Source of the DNA: an uncultured bacterium
Lineage (GTDB): Bacteria; Krumholzibacteriota; Krumholzibacteriia; JACNKJ01
Assembly: GCA_964344565.1 (NCBI GenBank)
Contig: CAYFNT010000019.1
Coordinates: 6,196-70,195 of the forward strand
DNA length: 64,000 bases
Reading direction: 5' to 3'
Shown here: one piece after another, positions 8,469 through 18,602 of the stretch
Layout: each line of letters starts with the position of its first letter
Numbering within the stretch: the stretch's first letter is position 1
Position numbers and translations under genes: made by a program
Notes under the pieces: generated by a model
Told to the model about the DNA's origin: nothing
Seen by the model: only the letters and a program-made list of their open reading frames with translations
Databases searched by the model: none

Positions 8469-9905
8469 ATGCCGCCCAAGACTTCCACCGCGCTGCTCGC
8501 ATGGGCGAAAAAGAATCGCATCGAGGTCGTGGACCTCAAGTTCGTGGACCTTTTCGGCCGCTGGCACCACATTAGTCTGCCGGCCAGTCGCCTCGGACCC
8601 GACCTTTTCACGCGGGGCATCGCCTTCGACGGCTCCAGCGTGCCGGGCTTCAAGAAACTCGAGGCCGGCGACATGGTGCTCTTGCCCGATCCGAAGACCT
8701 CGAGCATCGATCCGTTCTGGGAAAAGAAGACCCTCTCGCTCATCTGCCAGCCCGCCGAGGCCGACACGCGAAAGGCCTTCTGGAAGGATCCCCGCGCCAT
8801 CATGTACAACGCCGAGGCCTGGATGCGCGAACTCGGAATCGCCGACCAGAGCGAGTGGGGTCCCGAGTTCGAGTTCTACATCGTCGACTCGGTGAGTTAT
8901 CGCAACGAGATCAACGAGGCCTTCTACCGCATCGACAGCGCCGAGGCCGACTGGAACTCCGCGGTGGAGGAGGGACAGAACCTCGGTTACAAGATTCCGC
9001 ACCAGGGCGGCTATCACGCCATTCCTCCCCACGACCAGCTCTTCGACCTGCGCGCCGAGATGGTGGCCGAGATCGAGAAGGCCGGCATCGACGTGCGCTA
9101 TCATCATCACGAGGTGGGTGGGCCCGGACAGAGCGAGATCGAGGTGGTCGAAGGCCCCCTCGAGCAGATGGGCGACAACGCCCTGCGCATCAAGTACATC
9201 ATCAAGATGGTGGCGGCCCGCGCGAACAAGACGGTGACCTTCATGCCCAAGCCCCTCTTCAACGAAGCGGGCAGCGGCATGCACTTCCATCAGCGCCTTC
9301 GCAAGGGCAAGAAGAACCTTTTCTGGGACGCCAAGGGATACGCCGGGCTCAGCAAGACCGCCCTGCACTACATCGGCGGGCTCCTGGCCCATGCGCCTGC
9401 GCTGCTGGCCTTCACGAACCCGAGCACCAACAGCTACAAGCGTCTGGTGCCCGGATTCGAAGCGCCCGTCCGCACCTTCTTCGGATTGGCCAACCGCAGC
9501 GCCGCGGTGCGCATTCCCAAGTATGCGAACAGCGCGGCGACCAAGCGCATCGAGTTCCGTCCGCCGGACGCCAGTTGCAATATCTACCTGGCCATGGCGG
9601 CCCAGCTCATGGCGGGCCTGGACGGAATCCGCCGCCAGCTGGATCCCACGGAACTGGGTTTCGGGCCCATCGACACGAACATCTACGAGCTGTCCGATAC
9701 GGAACTCGATCGCATCGGCGGATTGCCCACGAGTCTGCGCGAAGCCATGGTGGCCCTCAACGCCGACCGCGACTTCCTGCTGGAGGGCGGCGTCTTTCCC
9801 GAGGAGCTCATCGACTTCTGGATCGAAACGAAGATGGAAAAGGAGTACAACGAGGTGCGGAACCGTCCGCATCCCTATGAGTTGTCCCTGTACTTCGACG
9901 TGTAG
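8469..9905 (+). CDS. glnA: Glutamine synthetase type I
   Basis: HHEVGGPGQSEIE, KPLFNEAGSGMHFHQ and NRSAAVRIP motifs, about 478 aa, GGAGG RBS before MPPKTS. Confidence 0.85.
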   Translation: MPPKTSTALLAWAKKNRIEVVDLKFVDLFGRWHHISLPASRLGPDLFTRGIAFDGSSVPGFKKLEAGDMVLLPDPKTSSIDPFWEKKTLSLICQPAEADTRKAFWKDPRAIMYNAEAWMRELGIADQSEWGPEFEFYIVDSVSYRNEINEAFYRIDSAEADWNSAVEEGQNLGYKIPHQGGYHAIPPHDQLFDLRAEMVAEIEKAGIDVRYHHHEVGGPGQSEIEVVEGPLEQMGDNALRIKYIIKMVAARANKTVTFMPKPLFNEAGSGMHFHQRLRKGKKNLFWDAKGYAGLSKTALHYIGGLLAHAPALLAFTNPSTNSYKRLVPGFEAPVRTFFGLANRSAAVRIPKYANSAATKRIEFRPPDASCNIYLAMAAQLMAGLDGIRRQLDPTELGFGPIDTNIYELSDTELDRIGGLPTSLREAMVALNADRDFLLEGGVFPEELIDFWIETKMEKEYNEVRNRPHPYELSLYFDV

Positions 9906-9920
9906 CCGAGCGGAGGACGC

Positions 9921-11135
9921 ATGTTCATCAACGATCCCATTCATGGATTCATCGAGCTGAACGATCTGCAGTCCTCCCTGCTCGAACTGCCCGAACTGCA
10001 GCGCCTCCAGTGGATACGCCAGCTGGGCCTGAGCTTCCTCAGCTATCCCGGCGGCGTGCACACCCGGGCGAGCCACGTGGTCGGCGTGAGTCATGTGGCC
10101 GGCGAGATGGCCCGCATCTTCGATCTGCTGCCCGAGCAGAAGTGGCTGGCCCAGGCGGCGGGCTTGCTCCACGACCTCGGCCACACGCCCTTCAGCCACG
10201 CGCTGGAGACCCTGCTTCCCGACGATCACATGGAACTCACGAGCAATCTCATCACGGGGAAGATGCGATTCAGCTTCCCCGGCGCGGGATGGGTGCCGCG
10301 GGTGCTCGAGCGATTCGGTCTGGATCCCGAGGAGGTGGGCGATCTGGTGGTGGGGCGGCACGAGGATCCGATTCTGCAGAATATCATCCACGGGCCCATC
10401 GACGCCGATCAGCTCGACTACCTTCTACGCGACAGCTACTTCACCGGCATCAGCCACGGGCAGATCGATCTCTATCGGATCCTGCACACCCTGAAGCCCG
10501 ACGCCGAGGCGGGGCGCGTCTTCCTGCTCGAGAAGGGCCTGGACGCCATCGAGGAGATGCTCGTCGCACGCGATCACATGTATTCGGCGGTCTACGCGCA
10601 CAAGACCAGCCGCATCGCCGAGACCATGCTGCTGCGCGCCATGGAACTGGCGGTGAGCGAGATCGAGGGCTGGTACGAGATGACCGACGGCGAGCTGCTC
10701 ACGCGCATCCGCATGGCCGGCGGCGTGAGCGAATCGCTCATGGAGAAGATTCTCTACCGCAATCTCTACAAGACTGCCTTCAGCGTACCGAGCAAGGTGG
10801 CCGAAGGCGAGCGCAGCGCGCTGATGGAGCGCCTCGCCGGACGCGATCGCCAGACCCTGGAGACGGCACTCTGCGATCTCTGCGGCCTCGGTCCCGGCGA
10901 ACTGCTCGTGGACATGCCCCTGGACGTGCTCGCTTTCAGCGAGCCTCGACTCACGCGCTTGGAACTGCCCATCCTGCGCAAAACCGGCGAATGGGCCGAG
11001 CTCGACGAGATGAGCACCCTGGCCCGGGCCCTCATGGAGAAGGAGTCGGCGCACACGGTCTTCGCCGTGTTCACCGCCGACGAGAACGCGCTACGTGTTC
11101 GCGCGATTCTTCAGGATTGGTTGGAGGAAGGGTAG
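9921..11135 (+). CDS. HD-domain phosphohydrolase (dNTP triphosphohydrolase-like)
   Basis: HTRASHVVGVSHVAG then HDLGHTPFSH, the HD motif of the dGTPase/SAMHD1-like superfamily. Confidence 0.75.
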   Translation: MFINDPIHGFIELNDLQSSLLELPELQRLQWIRQLGLSFLSYPGGVHTRASHVVGVSHVAGEMARIFDLLPEQKWLAQAAGLLHDLGHTPFSHALETLLPDDHMELTSNLITGKMRFSFPGAGWVPRVLERFGLDPEEVGDLVVGRHEDPILQNIIHGPIDADQLDYLLRDSYFTGISHGQIDLYRILHTLKPDAEAGRVFLLEKGLDAIEEMLVARDHMYSAVYAHKTSRIAETMLLRAMELAVSEIEGWYEMTDGELLTRIRMAGGVSESLMEKILYRNLYKTAFSVPSKVAEGERSALMERLAGRDRQTLETALCDLCGLGPGELLVDMPLDVLAFSEPRLTRLELPILRKTGEWAELDEMSTLARALMEKESAHTVFAVFTADENALRVRAILQDWLEEG

Positions 11136-11136
11136 G

Positions 11137-14115
11137 CTAGCTACGACCGTCTCGAAGCGGGGCGAGCTCCTCGGATTCCGACTTCCTGCCGCTACCCCAG
11201 CTGAGTATCATGTCGCGGATGGCCTCCTGCTGCACCGGCTTGCTCAGGTAGTCGTCCATGCCGGCTTCCAGACATTTCTCGCGATCCCCTCTTAGCGCAT
11301 TGGCCGTCATGGCCACCACGGGTACTCTCGCCACCTCGCCGGCCATTTGCCGAATTCTCGAAGTGGCCTCGTAGCCGTCCATCACGGGCATCTGGCAATC
11401 CATGAAGACCATGTCGAAGCGCGCGTGCTCCAGGCGTTCCAGGGCCTCGCGACCGTTTCCGGCCACTTCGATCTGGCATCCCAGCTTTTCGAGCATGCAG
11501 GTGGCGAGCTTCTGGTTGATGGGATTGTCCTCCACCAGGAGGATGCGACGCCCCCTGACACTCGGCTTGGAGTCCGATTCCTCCTTCGCCGACTCAACCG
11601 TTTCGAAACCGAAGGCCGACAGGATTGCGACCTTGAGACGCTTCGGCGTGGGCGGAGGCGGCAGCACTTGGTCGGGTTCGAGAGCATTGGAGTTCTGGCG
11701 GTATTCGCGGCCCACATGGATCCAGGCCACCTTCTCGCGAATCTCTCTGAGCTGCAGGATCAGGTCGAGGTGCTCGGAGACAGAATCGCATCCGCAAGTC
11801 AACACCACGTCGATATGCGCGCTCGTGTTTTCGAGGATGCCGCATAGTTCTTCGTACTCGAGCTTTCCGGACTCGATGGGGCGCATACCGAGAAGGGTCA
11901 GCTGGCGAGCGAGAACTCCGCGCTGCCGACTCCGGCCTCCCAGGATGAGCACCTTGCGATTCTTCAGGTTCTTGCGCCATGGCGCGACAATCCTATGGCC
12001 GGCTGCCGGAACCGGCAGATCGAGGAACAGGTCGAAGCGAGTGCCCTGGCCGAGTTCGCTGCTCATTTCGAGTCGGCCCTTCATCAGGTCCACGAGTTGA
12101 CGGCTGATGGTCAATCCGAGCCCCGTGCCGCCGAAGCGGCGCGTGGTCGACGCGTCCGCCTGGGTGAACTTCTCGAAGATCTGTTGGCTCGTTTCCCTGG
12201 CGATGCCGATGCCCGTGTCCAACACTGAAAACTTGATGCCGGCCGAAGGGCCTGAGCCCTGCACCCTGGCGGATAGCTCGATGGATCCTTTCGAAGTGAA
12301 CTTGATCGCATTGGACAGCAGGTTCGAAAGTACCTGCCGGATTCTGACCGTGTCGCCCACCACTCGCTCGGGTAGATGGGGGTCGAGATCGAGGTGGAAT
12401 TCGAGGCCCTTGTTCTGGGCCGACTGACCGAAGACGTCGGTGAGGGATTCCAGCTGATCGACGAGGTCGAATTCAAGCGGTTCGATGATGAGCTTTCCAG
12501 CCTCGATCTTCGACAGATCCAGGATGTCATTGACGATGTTGAGCAGGATCTGCGCGGAGTCGCCTGCCGTTTTCGCGAAGTCCGCTTCGCGGTTTTCGAG
12601 CTTCGAATCCCTGAGCAATTGCAGCATGCCGATCACGCCGTTGAGCGGCGTGCGGATCTCATGGCTCATGTTCGCGAGGAACTCGCTCTTTGCCATGTTG
12701 GCGGCCTCGGCCTTGTCCGCGAGCTCCACCGCCTGCTTCCGGCTCTCTTCGAGTTGGGCCAGGTTTTCGCGGAGCAGTTCTTCCTGATTCTTTTGGGTGC
12801 TGATGTCCACGAAACTCTCGAGCAGGCAATCGCGGCCGTCGAGCACCACGGGAATCACCGTCTTGAGGATGGGCACTGGATCGCCCTCGGAATGCAGGAC
12901 CACCTTCTCGGCGCTCTCCACGGTCTTGCCCAGATCCGTGATAGGGCAGCTTCCCTTCTCGGCGGGGCAGACGTAGTTGTGGCAGATCTGCCCCAGCACT
13001 TCGCTTCGGCTTCTGCCCATCAGGTCGCAGGCGGCTTCGTTCACCTCGATGATCTGGTGGGTTTCCGCGTCCATGATCATCACGGAGGCCTGCAGGTTCT
13101 GAAGGATCGTCTCGATCTGCTTCTTGCTTCGCAGCAGTTTCCGTTCGGCTTCCTTCCTCTCAGAGATGTCTCGCATGGTTCCCTGGATCAGCGCCCGACC
13201 CTGAATCTTGACCAGGGACATGCTGATTTCAGCCGTGAAGGAATCGTCCAAGCCCCGTTTCAGCGGCATCTCGAACTGGACCGAACCCTTGCTGAAGAGT
13301 TCCTCGTCCACCTTGGCCCGGACCTCTTTCATATCCACTCCCGGCGCCGGGGTGTCGAAGCAGGAAGTACCGATGAGTTCCTTCCTCTTGCGGCCGAGCA
13401 TTTTCAAGAGGGATTGGTTCACGTCGATGATCGTGCCGTCGATCTCGTGCACGAAGACGCCGTCGCTGGACTGACGAAAGATGCTTCGGTAGCGCTGCTG
13501 GGCATGCCTGACCAGTAGCAACATCTTGTCCTTGAAGGCTTCGAGCAGGTAGGTCAGGGCGGAAACGAGTCCGAGCAGACCATAGAGCGAGATGATGTTG
13601 ATGAAACGTTGCTCGTTCGGATCCAAGGCGGTCATCAGCTCGATGCCGCTTGCCGCCAAGGCCACGTAGGCCGAGAGGAATGCGAGCACGATTCCGGTCC
13701 AGGCGAGTCCCCAGTTTTTACCCGCCATTCCCGTGGCCGCCACGGGCAGGAGCAGGTACCAGAAGATCGCCGGCGACTGGACGCCGCCGAGGAAGAAGCT
13801 CATGGTGGTCAGCACCGTGAACAGGATCCCCGTGAGCATGTTGCCGATGAAGGAGCATGCCCCCCTTCTCCGGAAGTCGAGAAGGAACAGGGGGACGAGG
13901 GAGATTCCCCCGAGAATGATGAGAGCCGGGATCGTGGCGCCGGCGAGGTGGTAGACGACGCTGTAGGGTGCGCCGAGCAGTGAGATCGTCATGGCGAAGG
14001 CCACGATCAGACGAGCGCGTCGGAAGACGTTCTCGTCCTCCGCGCGAATGGCCTCCGGGATGAACCAATCGACCCAAAGCAGCGGCCTTACTCCAATGCT
14101 CTTGAAGCTCATCAT
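11137..14115 (-). CDS. Hybrid sensor histidine kinase (polytopic N-terminal sensor, PAS domains, HisKA, HATPase, C-terminal receiver)
   Basis: H-box SHEIRTPLNGVIGM, G-box GGTGLGL and a receiver domain containing LLVEDNPINQ and FMDCQMPVMDG. Several N-terminal TM helices. Confidence 0.85.
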   Translation of the reverse strand: MMSFKSIGVRPLLWVDWFIPEAIRAEDENVFRRARLIVAFAMTISLLGAPYSVVYHLAGATIPALIILGGISLVPLFLLDFRRRGACSFIGNMLTGILFTVLTTMSFFLGGVQSPAIFWYLLLPVAATGMAGKNWGLAWTGIVLAFLSAYVALAASGIELMTALDPNEQRFINIISLYGLLGLVSALTYLLEAFKDKMLLLVRHAQQRYRSIFRQSSDGVFVHEIDGTIIDVNQSLLKMLGRKRKELIGTSCFDTPAPGVDMKEVRAKVDEELFSKGSVQFEMPLKRGLDDSFTAEISMSLVKIQGRALIQGTMRDISERKEAERKLLRSKKQIETILQNLQASVMIMDAETHQIIEVNEAACDLMGRSRSEVLGQICHNYVCPAEKGSCPITDLGKTVESAEKVVLHSEGDPVPILKTVIPVVLDGRDCLLESFVDISTQKNQEELLRENLAQLEESRKQAVELADKAEAANMAKSEFLANMSHEIRTPLNGVIGMLQLLRDSKLENREADFAKTAGDSAQILLNIVNDILDLSKIEAGKLIIEPLEFDLVDQLESLTDVFGQSAQNKGLEFHLDLDPHLPERVVGDTVRIRQVLSNLLSNAIKFTSKGSIELSARVQGSGPSAGIKFSVLDTGIGIARETSQQIFEKFTQADASTTRRFGGTGLGLTISRQLVDLMKGRLEMSSELGQGTRFDLFLDLPVPAAGHRIVAPWRKNLKNRKVLILGGRSRQRGVLARQLTLLGMRPIESGKLEYEELCGILENTSAHIDVVLTCGCDSVSEHLDLILQLREIREKVAWIHVGREYRQNSNALEPDQVLPPPPTPKRLKVAILSAFGFETVESAKEESDSKPSVRGRRILLVEDNPINQKLATCMLEKLGCQIEVAGNGREALERLEHARFDMVFMDCQMPVMDGYEATSRIRQMAGEVARVPVVAMTANALRGDREKCLEAGMDDYLSKPVQQEAIRDMILSWGSGRKSESEELAPLRDGRS

Positions 14116-14292
14116 TCCATAGAGATCGGCACTATTCAGGAGATCTGAATCCGCTTCACTGGATTTATTACCAAGATTGTAAGTAATTGGATGCCAGATG
14201 TTTAGCTATCTTGCGGTAAGGAAACGCTGTTCCTCTTCCGGAGTCGGGTTGAACCTCGGATCCGAATGATTCACAGAGCGTCGGGAGGCAGC

Positions 14293-15414
14293 TTAGCTAA
14301 GATGTTTCTCGAAGAGATCTGACAGGCTGGAATCGAGGTGTTCCTCGCGCACCAGCCAACTCCATACGCCCGGCGCAGGCGGCATCTTCTCGGCGCCTTC
14401 CAGGTCGGGCGCTTCACCGGCTTCCATGCGGCTGAGAATCACCGAAGCGGTGGCCCAGCCGTCCTCCATCTCGTAGTTGCCGAAGGCGGCGCGCAGCTTG
14501 GCGAGCCTCTCGGCGAGATAGACGTCGTTGAGCAGCAGGAAGCGGAAGCGGCCGACCTCGAGGAGTTCTGGCACGGTTCTGCGGGGATCCTGCTTGGAGC
14601 GGATCTCCATGAGCACCTGCTTCTCGCGATGGGCCAAAGCCACGGGACGCATCTCGCCCTCGATCTCGCGATGATGAATCAGGGTACCCGGAGCGTCGCT
14701 GAAGGTGTTCTTCGCGCGAATGGGCGTCTGGGTGGCCAGGCTCGCCTTCACCGCCCTCGGGTGGATGACCTTGCTGCCCTCCTCGGCCATGGCGAGAATC
14801 TGCGCGACGCCGATCTCGTCCATGAAGGCCGCCTCGGGCACGCGGCGCGGATCGGCGCAGGCGATGCCGTCAACGTCCGAGTAGATTTCGACCACCGAAG
14901 CCTCCAGCGCCGCGCCCAGGGCCACTGCGCTGGTGTCGCTGCCGCCGCGGCCTAGGGTGCGGATTTCGCCGTCGGCGTCGGCCCCCTGAAATCCCGCCAC
15001 CACGGCGATCTTCCTTTGCATGAGGGCCCGCCTCAGCAGAGAGGGGTCCACGTCGAGAATCTCCGCCTCGCCGGCCCGATCATCGGTGAGTACGCCTGCC
15101 TGCGGTCCCGTGAAAGCCTGGGCGGGCATCTTGCTCTTGCTGAGCAGGTGCGCGAAGAAGGAGGCCGAGATGGTCTCGCCGCAGCTCATCATGAGATCGA
15201 GCTCCCGCGGGGGGACAGGTTCGCCGACCCCCCGCAAGAGTCCGATGAGAGTGTCGGTGGCGTAGGGTTCGCCATGGCGGCCCATGGCGCTGACCACCAC
15301 GACGATGCGCTTGCCCGCCTTGTGATGGCGACGGACCTGCGCCAGGGCGGCGGCGCGGGACTCGTCGTCCCGCACACTTGTGCCGCCGAACTTCATGACC
15401 ACCAACTCAGGCAA
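14293..15414 (-). CDS. Aspartate kinase (non-canonical C-terminal region, TTG start)
   Basis: ELVVMKFGGTSV N-terminal motif and the amino-acid kinase fold. The C-terminal roughly 120 aa do not look like ACT domains. Overlaps asd by 8 nt. Confidence 0.75.
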   Translation of the reverse strand: MPELVVMKFGGTSVRDDESRAAALAQVRRHHKAGKRIVVVVSAMGRHGEPYATDTLIGLLRGVGEPVPPRELDLMMSCGETISASFFAHLLSKSKMPAQAFTGPQAGVLTDDRAGEAEILDVDPSLLRRALMQRKIAVVAGFQGADADGEIRTLGRGGSDTSAVALGAALEASVVEIYSDVDGIACADPRRVPEAAFMDEIGVAQILAMAEEGSKVIHPRAVKASLATQTPIRAKNTFSDAPGTLIHHREIEGEMRPVALAHREKQVLMEIRSKQDPRRTVPELLEVGRFRFLLLNDVYLAERLAKLRAAFGNYEMEDGWATASVILSRMEAGEAPDLEGAEKMPPAPGVWSWLVREEHLDSSLSDLFEKHLS

Positions 15415-16432
15415 CGGGCACCTTCACCAGCTTGCGCGCGATGAGTTCGCCGGCGATCTGAACGGTGTTGAGCGCGGCTCCCTTGAGCAGGTTGTCGCTC
15501 ACGCACCACATGTTCATGCAGTTCTCGATGCTCTCGTCGCGGCGCAGGCGCCCCACGTAGACCGGATCCTTCCCGCTGGCGTTGATGGCGAGCGGGTAGA
15601 CGTTGTTCGCGGGATCGTCCTCGATCTCGATGCCGGGAGCCTTCGCCAGCAGATCGCGTACCTCGTCGATGTCGAAGGGCTTCTCGGTCTCGATGTTCAG
15701 ACTTTCGCTGTGGCCGTTCACCACGGGCATGCGCACGGTGGTGGTGGTCACGCCGATGTTCGGATCCAGAATCTTGTGCGTCTCGTTGATCATCTTCATC
15801 TCTTCCTTCGTGTAGCCGTTGGGCTCGAACACGTCGATGTGGGGAAGAGCGTTGAAGGCGATCTGGTGGGGATAGACTTCGGCCTTCATGTCGCGGCCCT
15901 CGGCGAAGGCGCGGGTCTGCTCGTGGAGTTCGTCCACGGCGGCCTGTCCCGATCCGCTGACGGCCTGGTAGGTGCTCGCCACCACGCGCTTGATCTTGTA
16001 GGCGTCGTGGATGGGCTTGAGCACCACGAGCATCTGGATGGTCGAGCAGTTCGGATTGGCGATGATGCCGCGATGATTCTCGAGGGCTTCCGGATTCACC
16101 TCGGGCACGACCAGGGGATCCTCGTCGCTGCCCCGGAAGGCGGTGCTGTTGTCGACGCAGACGCAGCCGCGCCTCACGGCCTCCGGCGCGAGGGCCTGGG
16201 CCGCCGCTTCGCCGGCGCTGAAGAGGGCGATATCCACGCCCTCGAAGGCCCCGGGCTCGGCCGCGACCACGGTGATCCGCTGGCCCTTCCATTCGACGGT
16301 CTGACCGGCGTTCTCGGGCACGTCCATGAGTACCAGCTTTTCGATGGGAAGGTCGCTGCGCTCAAGGGTGCTCCGCATCTCGGTGCCCACGTTGCCCAGG
16401 GCTCCGACGACGGCGATGGTGTAGCTGCTCAC
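15407..16432 (-). CDS. asd: Aspartate-semialdehyde dehydrogenase
   Basis: AVVGALGNVG, NPNCSTI active-site Cys and about 340 aa. GTG start overlapping the hom stop. Confidence 0.9.
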   Translation of the reverse strand: MSSYTIAVVGALGNVGTEMRSTLERSDLPIEKLVLMDVPENAGQTVEWKGQRITVVAAEPGAFEGVDIALFSAGEAAAQALAPEAVRRGCVCVDNSTAFRGSDEDPLVVPEVNPEALENHRGIIANPNCSTIQMLVVLKPIHDAYKIKRVVASTYQAVSGSGQAAVDELHEQTRAFAEGRDMKAEVYPHQIAFNALPHIDVFEPNGYTKEEMKMINETHKILDPNIGVTTTTVRMPVVNGHSESLNIETEKPFDIDEVRDLLAKAPGIEIEDDPANNVYPLAINASGKDPVYVGRLRRDESIENCMNMWCVSDNLLKGAALNTVQIAGELIARKLVKVPVA

Positions 16433-17460
16433 GAGCGGCTCCTTTCGATGGCGAGTAGATCGGTGAGGATGGAGTAGCCGGTTTCGATGCGGCCGGCTCC
16501 CGGGCCGACCACGGTGACCTTGCCGAGCAGGTCGGTGTCGAAGGTGACGGCGTTGGTGGGACCCATGACGCCGGCCAGGGGGTCTTCGAGGGGAAGCATG
16601 ACGGGCTTCACCGAAGCGTCCACGCCGCCGTCCTTCTTCCGCTTCACCGTGCCGATGAGCTTCCAGCGCTTGCCGCCCTTCTTGGCCATCTCGATGTCGG
16701 CCGGCTTCAGGCGGGTGATGCCGCGGCGCTTAACGTCGGCGGGCGTGATCTTGGCGTCCATGAACATGTTCGCGAGGATGGTCACCTTGCCCGCGGCGTC
16801 GATGCCTTCCACGTCGCCGGTGGGATCGGCCTCGGCGTAGCCGAGTTCCTGGGCCTTGGCCAACACCGCGTCGTAGGTCATGCCCTTTTCCATCTCGCTG
16901 AGCATGTAGTTGGTGGTGCCGTTGAGAATGCCCGAGATGGAGCTGAACTCGTTACCGGCCAGATCATTCATGCCGAGATTCAGTACGGGGGTGCCGCTCA
17001 TGACGGTGCCCTCGATGAAGAAATGGGCCTTGTTCTTCTTGGCCAGACGGCTCAGCGCGGGATAGGCCAGCGCCGCCGGACCCTTGTTGCTCGTGACCAC
17101 GCTCTTGCCCAGCTTCAGGGCCTCGCGGCAGTGCCCTATGGCGGGCTGCCCGGTGGCCAGATCGGTGTAGGCCAGTTCGACGACCACGTCGGCCTTGCTC
17201 TTCTGGATGGTGGTCATGGCGTCCCAGCCGTGCTTGCCGCCCTTGTAGGCGTCGAGGCTGCCCCTCTTGCGCACCGCGTCCAGAGCGCGTTTCAGGTCGA
17301 TGCCCTTGGGGTCGTAGATCGATCCCAGCTTGAAATCGCTGATGGCGACCACCGCGAATTCGTACTTCTGCTTGCGCTTCAAGCTGGCCTTCTTCGTTCG
17401 GAGGATTTCCGCGAGACCCTGTCCCACGTTCCCGAAGCCGATGAGGGCGATCTTCTGCAT
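16429..17460 (-). CDS. hom: Homoserine dehydrogenase (short form without an ACT domain)
   Basis: GFGNVG, GILNGTTNY and LGYAEADPTGDVEGIDAAGK motifs. AGGAGG RBS immediately after the lrp stop. Confidence 0.85.
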   Translation of the reverse strand: MQKIALIGFGNVGQGLAEILRTKKASLKRKQKYEFAVVAISDFKLGSIYDPKGIDLKRALDAVRKRGSLDAYKGGKHGWDAMTTIQKSKADVVVELAYTDLATGQPAIGHCREALKLGKSVVTSNKGPAALAYPALSRLAKKNKAHFFIEGTVMSGTPVLNLGMNDLAGNEFSSISGILNGTTNYMLSEMEKGMTYDAVLAKAQELGYAEADPTGDVEGIDAAGKVTILANMFMDAKITPADVKRRGITRLKPADIEMAKKGGKRWKLIGTVKRKKDGGVDASVKPVMLPLEDPLAGVMGPTNAVTFDTDLLGKVTVVGPGAGRIETGYSILTDLLAIERSRS

Positions 17461-17479
17461 CCCTAACCTCCTGGGACGG

Positions 17480-17962
17480 CTAGCAGCCGTCAGGTAGCAG
17501 CGGCAGGCTGCCGCCGCGCTTGAGTTTCGAAAGCACGAAGGAGCTCTTCACCTTGTTGACTCCCTCGATGCGGGTGAGCTTGTCGAGCAGGAACGATTCG
17601 TAGGCGCCGATGTCCGGCAACACGACTTTCAGAAGGTAGTCGTCCTCGCCGGTCAGGTGATGCGCCTCGATGACTTCCGGCATGTCCATGATGGTCTGTT
17701 GGAAATTGTCGATGGCCTCCGCGTTGTGGAAGGAGAGCGTCACGCTCACGAAGACCGTGGCCTTCATGCCGAGCATGTCCTCTTCCACCTGGGCCGTGTA
17801 TCCCCGGATGACTCCGCGTTCCTCCAGCTTGCGCACGCGCTCTAGCACCGAGGGCGGGCTGAGACCCACGCGCTCGGCGAGCCGTGCGTTGGGCAGGCGG
17901 CCCTCCTTTTGAAGGATGCAGAGGATCTTCCGGTCCGTTTCGTCGATCTTGAGAGGCTTCAT
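17480..17962 (-). CDS. lrp: Lrp/AsnC family transcriptional regulator
   Basis: N-terminal HTH (DRKILCILQKEGRLPNARLAERVGLS) plus a C-terminal RAM domain. 160 aa. Confidence 0.85.
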   Translation of the reverse strand: MKPLKIDETDRKILCILQKEGRLPNARLAERVGLSPPSVLERVRKLEERGVIRGYTAQVEEDMLGMKATVFVSVTLSFHNAEAIDNFQQTIMDMPEVIEAHHLTGEDDYLLKVVLPDIGAYESFLLDKLTRIEGVNKVKSSFVLSKLKRGGSLPLLPDGC

Positions 17963-18050
17963 GGGCTTATGATAGGGAAAAGGCCGCCGAAATCAATCAT
18001 CATATGGTATAGCGCAGGGAAGTCCTAACTATTGGAAGGAAACCGACGAC

Positions 18051-18602
18051 TCAACCCGAATTCAGGGCGGCCAAGTGAGCTTCCGCGGCCAGGAGATCGG
18101 CCTCCGCGAAATAGACGAATCTAACTTCTTCGATTTCAAGGGGATGGGCCTCGCAGAATGCGCGGACCGCGCTCAGGGAGATGGGGCAGGCCAGATCGAA
18201 GGGGAAGCCGTAGACCCCCGTGCTGATGGCCGGAAAGGCGATGGAGCCGAACTCCGCAGCCGCGGCCAGTTCAAGACAGTTGCGATAACAGGCCGCGAGG
18301 ATCTCTTCCTCGTTTCTCGCGCCGCCTCCCCAGACCGGGCCCACCGTGTGAATCACCGCTCCGGCCGCCAGCCTTCCCGCCCTGGTCCTGACCGCTTTGC
18401 CCGGCGCTAGTTCCGTGCCCTCGGGCACCACGCGCCTGCAGTCCTCGAGGATCTCCCGGCCGCCCGCGGCATGGATGGCCCCGTCCACGCCGCCGCCTCC
18501 CCGCATGCGCGAGTTGGCGGCGTTCACGATGGCGGCGACCTTTTCCTTGGTGATGTCGCCGGCCTTCAGGACGAGAAGGGTCTCGCCGAAACGGGCTTTC
18601 AT
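18051..18602 (-). CDS. Macro domain protein (ADP-ribose/O-acetyl-ADP-ribose processing, YmdB-like)
   Basis: ITKEKVAAIVNAANSRMRGGGGVDGAIH and GVYGFP macro-domain motifs. Confidence 0.8.
   Translation of the reverse strand: MKARFGETLLVLKAGDITKEKVAAIVNAANSRMRGGGGVDGAIHAAGGREILEDCRRVVPEGTELAPGKAVRTRAGRLAAGAVIHTVGPVWGGGARNEEEILAACYRNCLELAAAAEFGSIAFPAISTGVYGFPFDLACPISLSAVRAFCEAHPLEIEEVRFVYFAEADLLAAEAHLAALNSG

Noticed and set aside
8367-10391. 674-aa minus-strand ORF overlapping glnA and the HD-domain gene
   Set aside because: A low-complexity Ala/Arg/Gly/Val-rich translation typical of antisense frames in high-GC DNA. The sense strand carries unmistakable GlnA motifs. The same reasoning applies to other long shadow ORFs: 3396..4886, 5724..7022, 15380..16477, 30781..33639, 50388..52271, 52442..53824, 54607..56169 upstream part, and 57820..60351.
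14116-14292. AT-rich 177-nt spacer upstream of the hybrid histidine kinase as a possible mobile-element scar or small gene
   Set aside because: No ORF with features and no repeats beyond a short inverted repeat (GAATCC-n10-GGATTC). It is most simply the promoter/leader region of the kinase gene.
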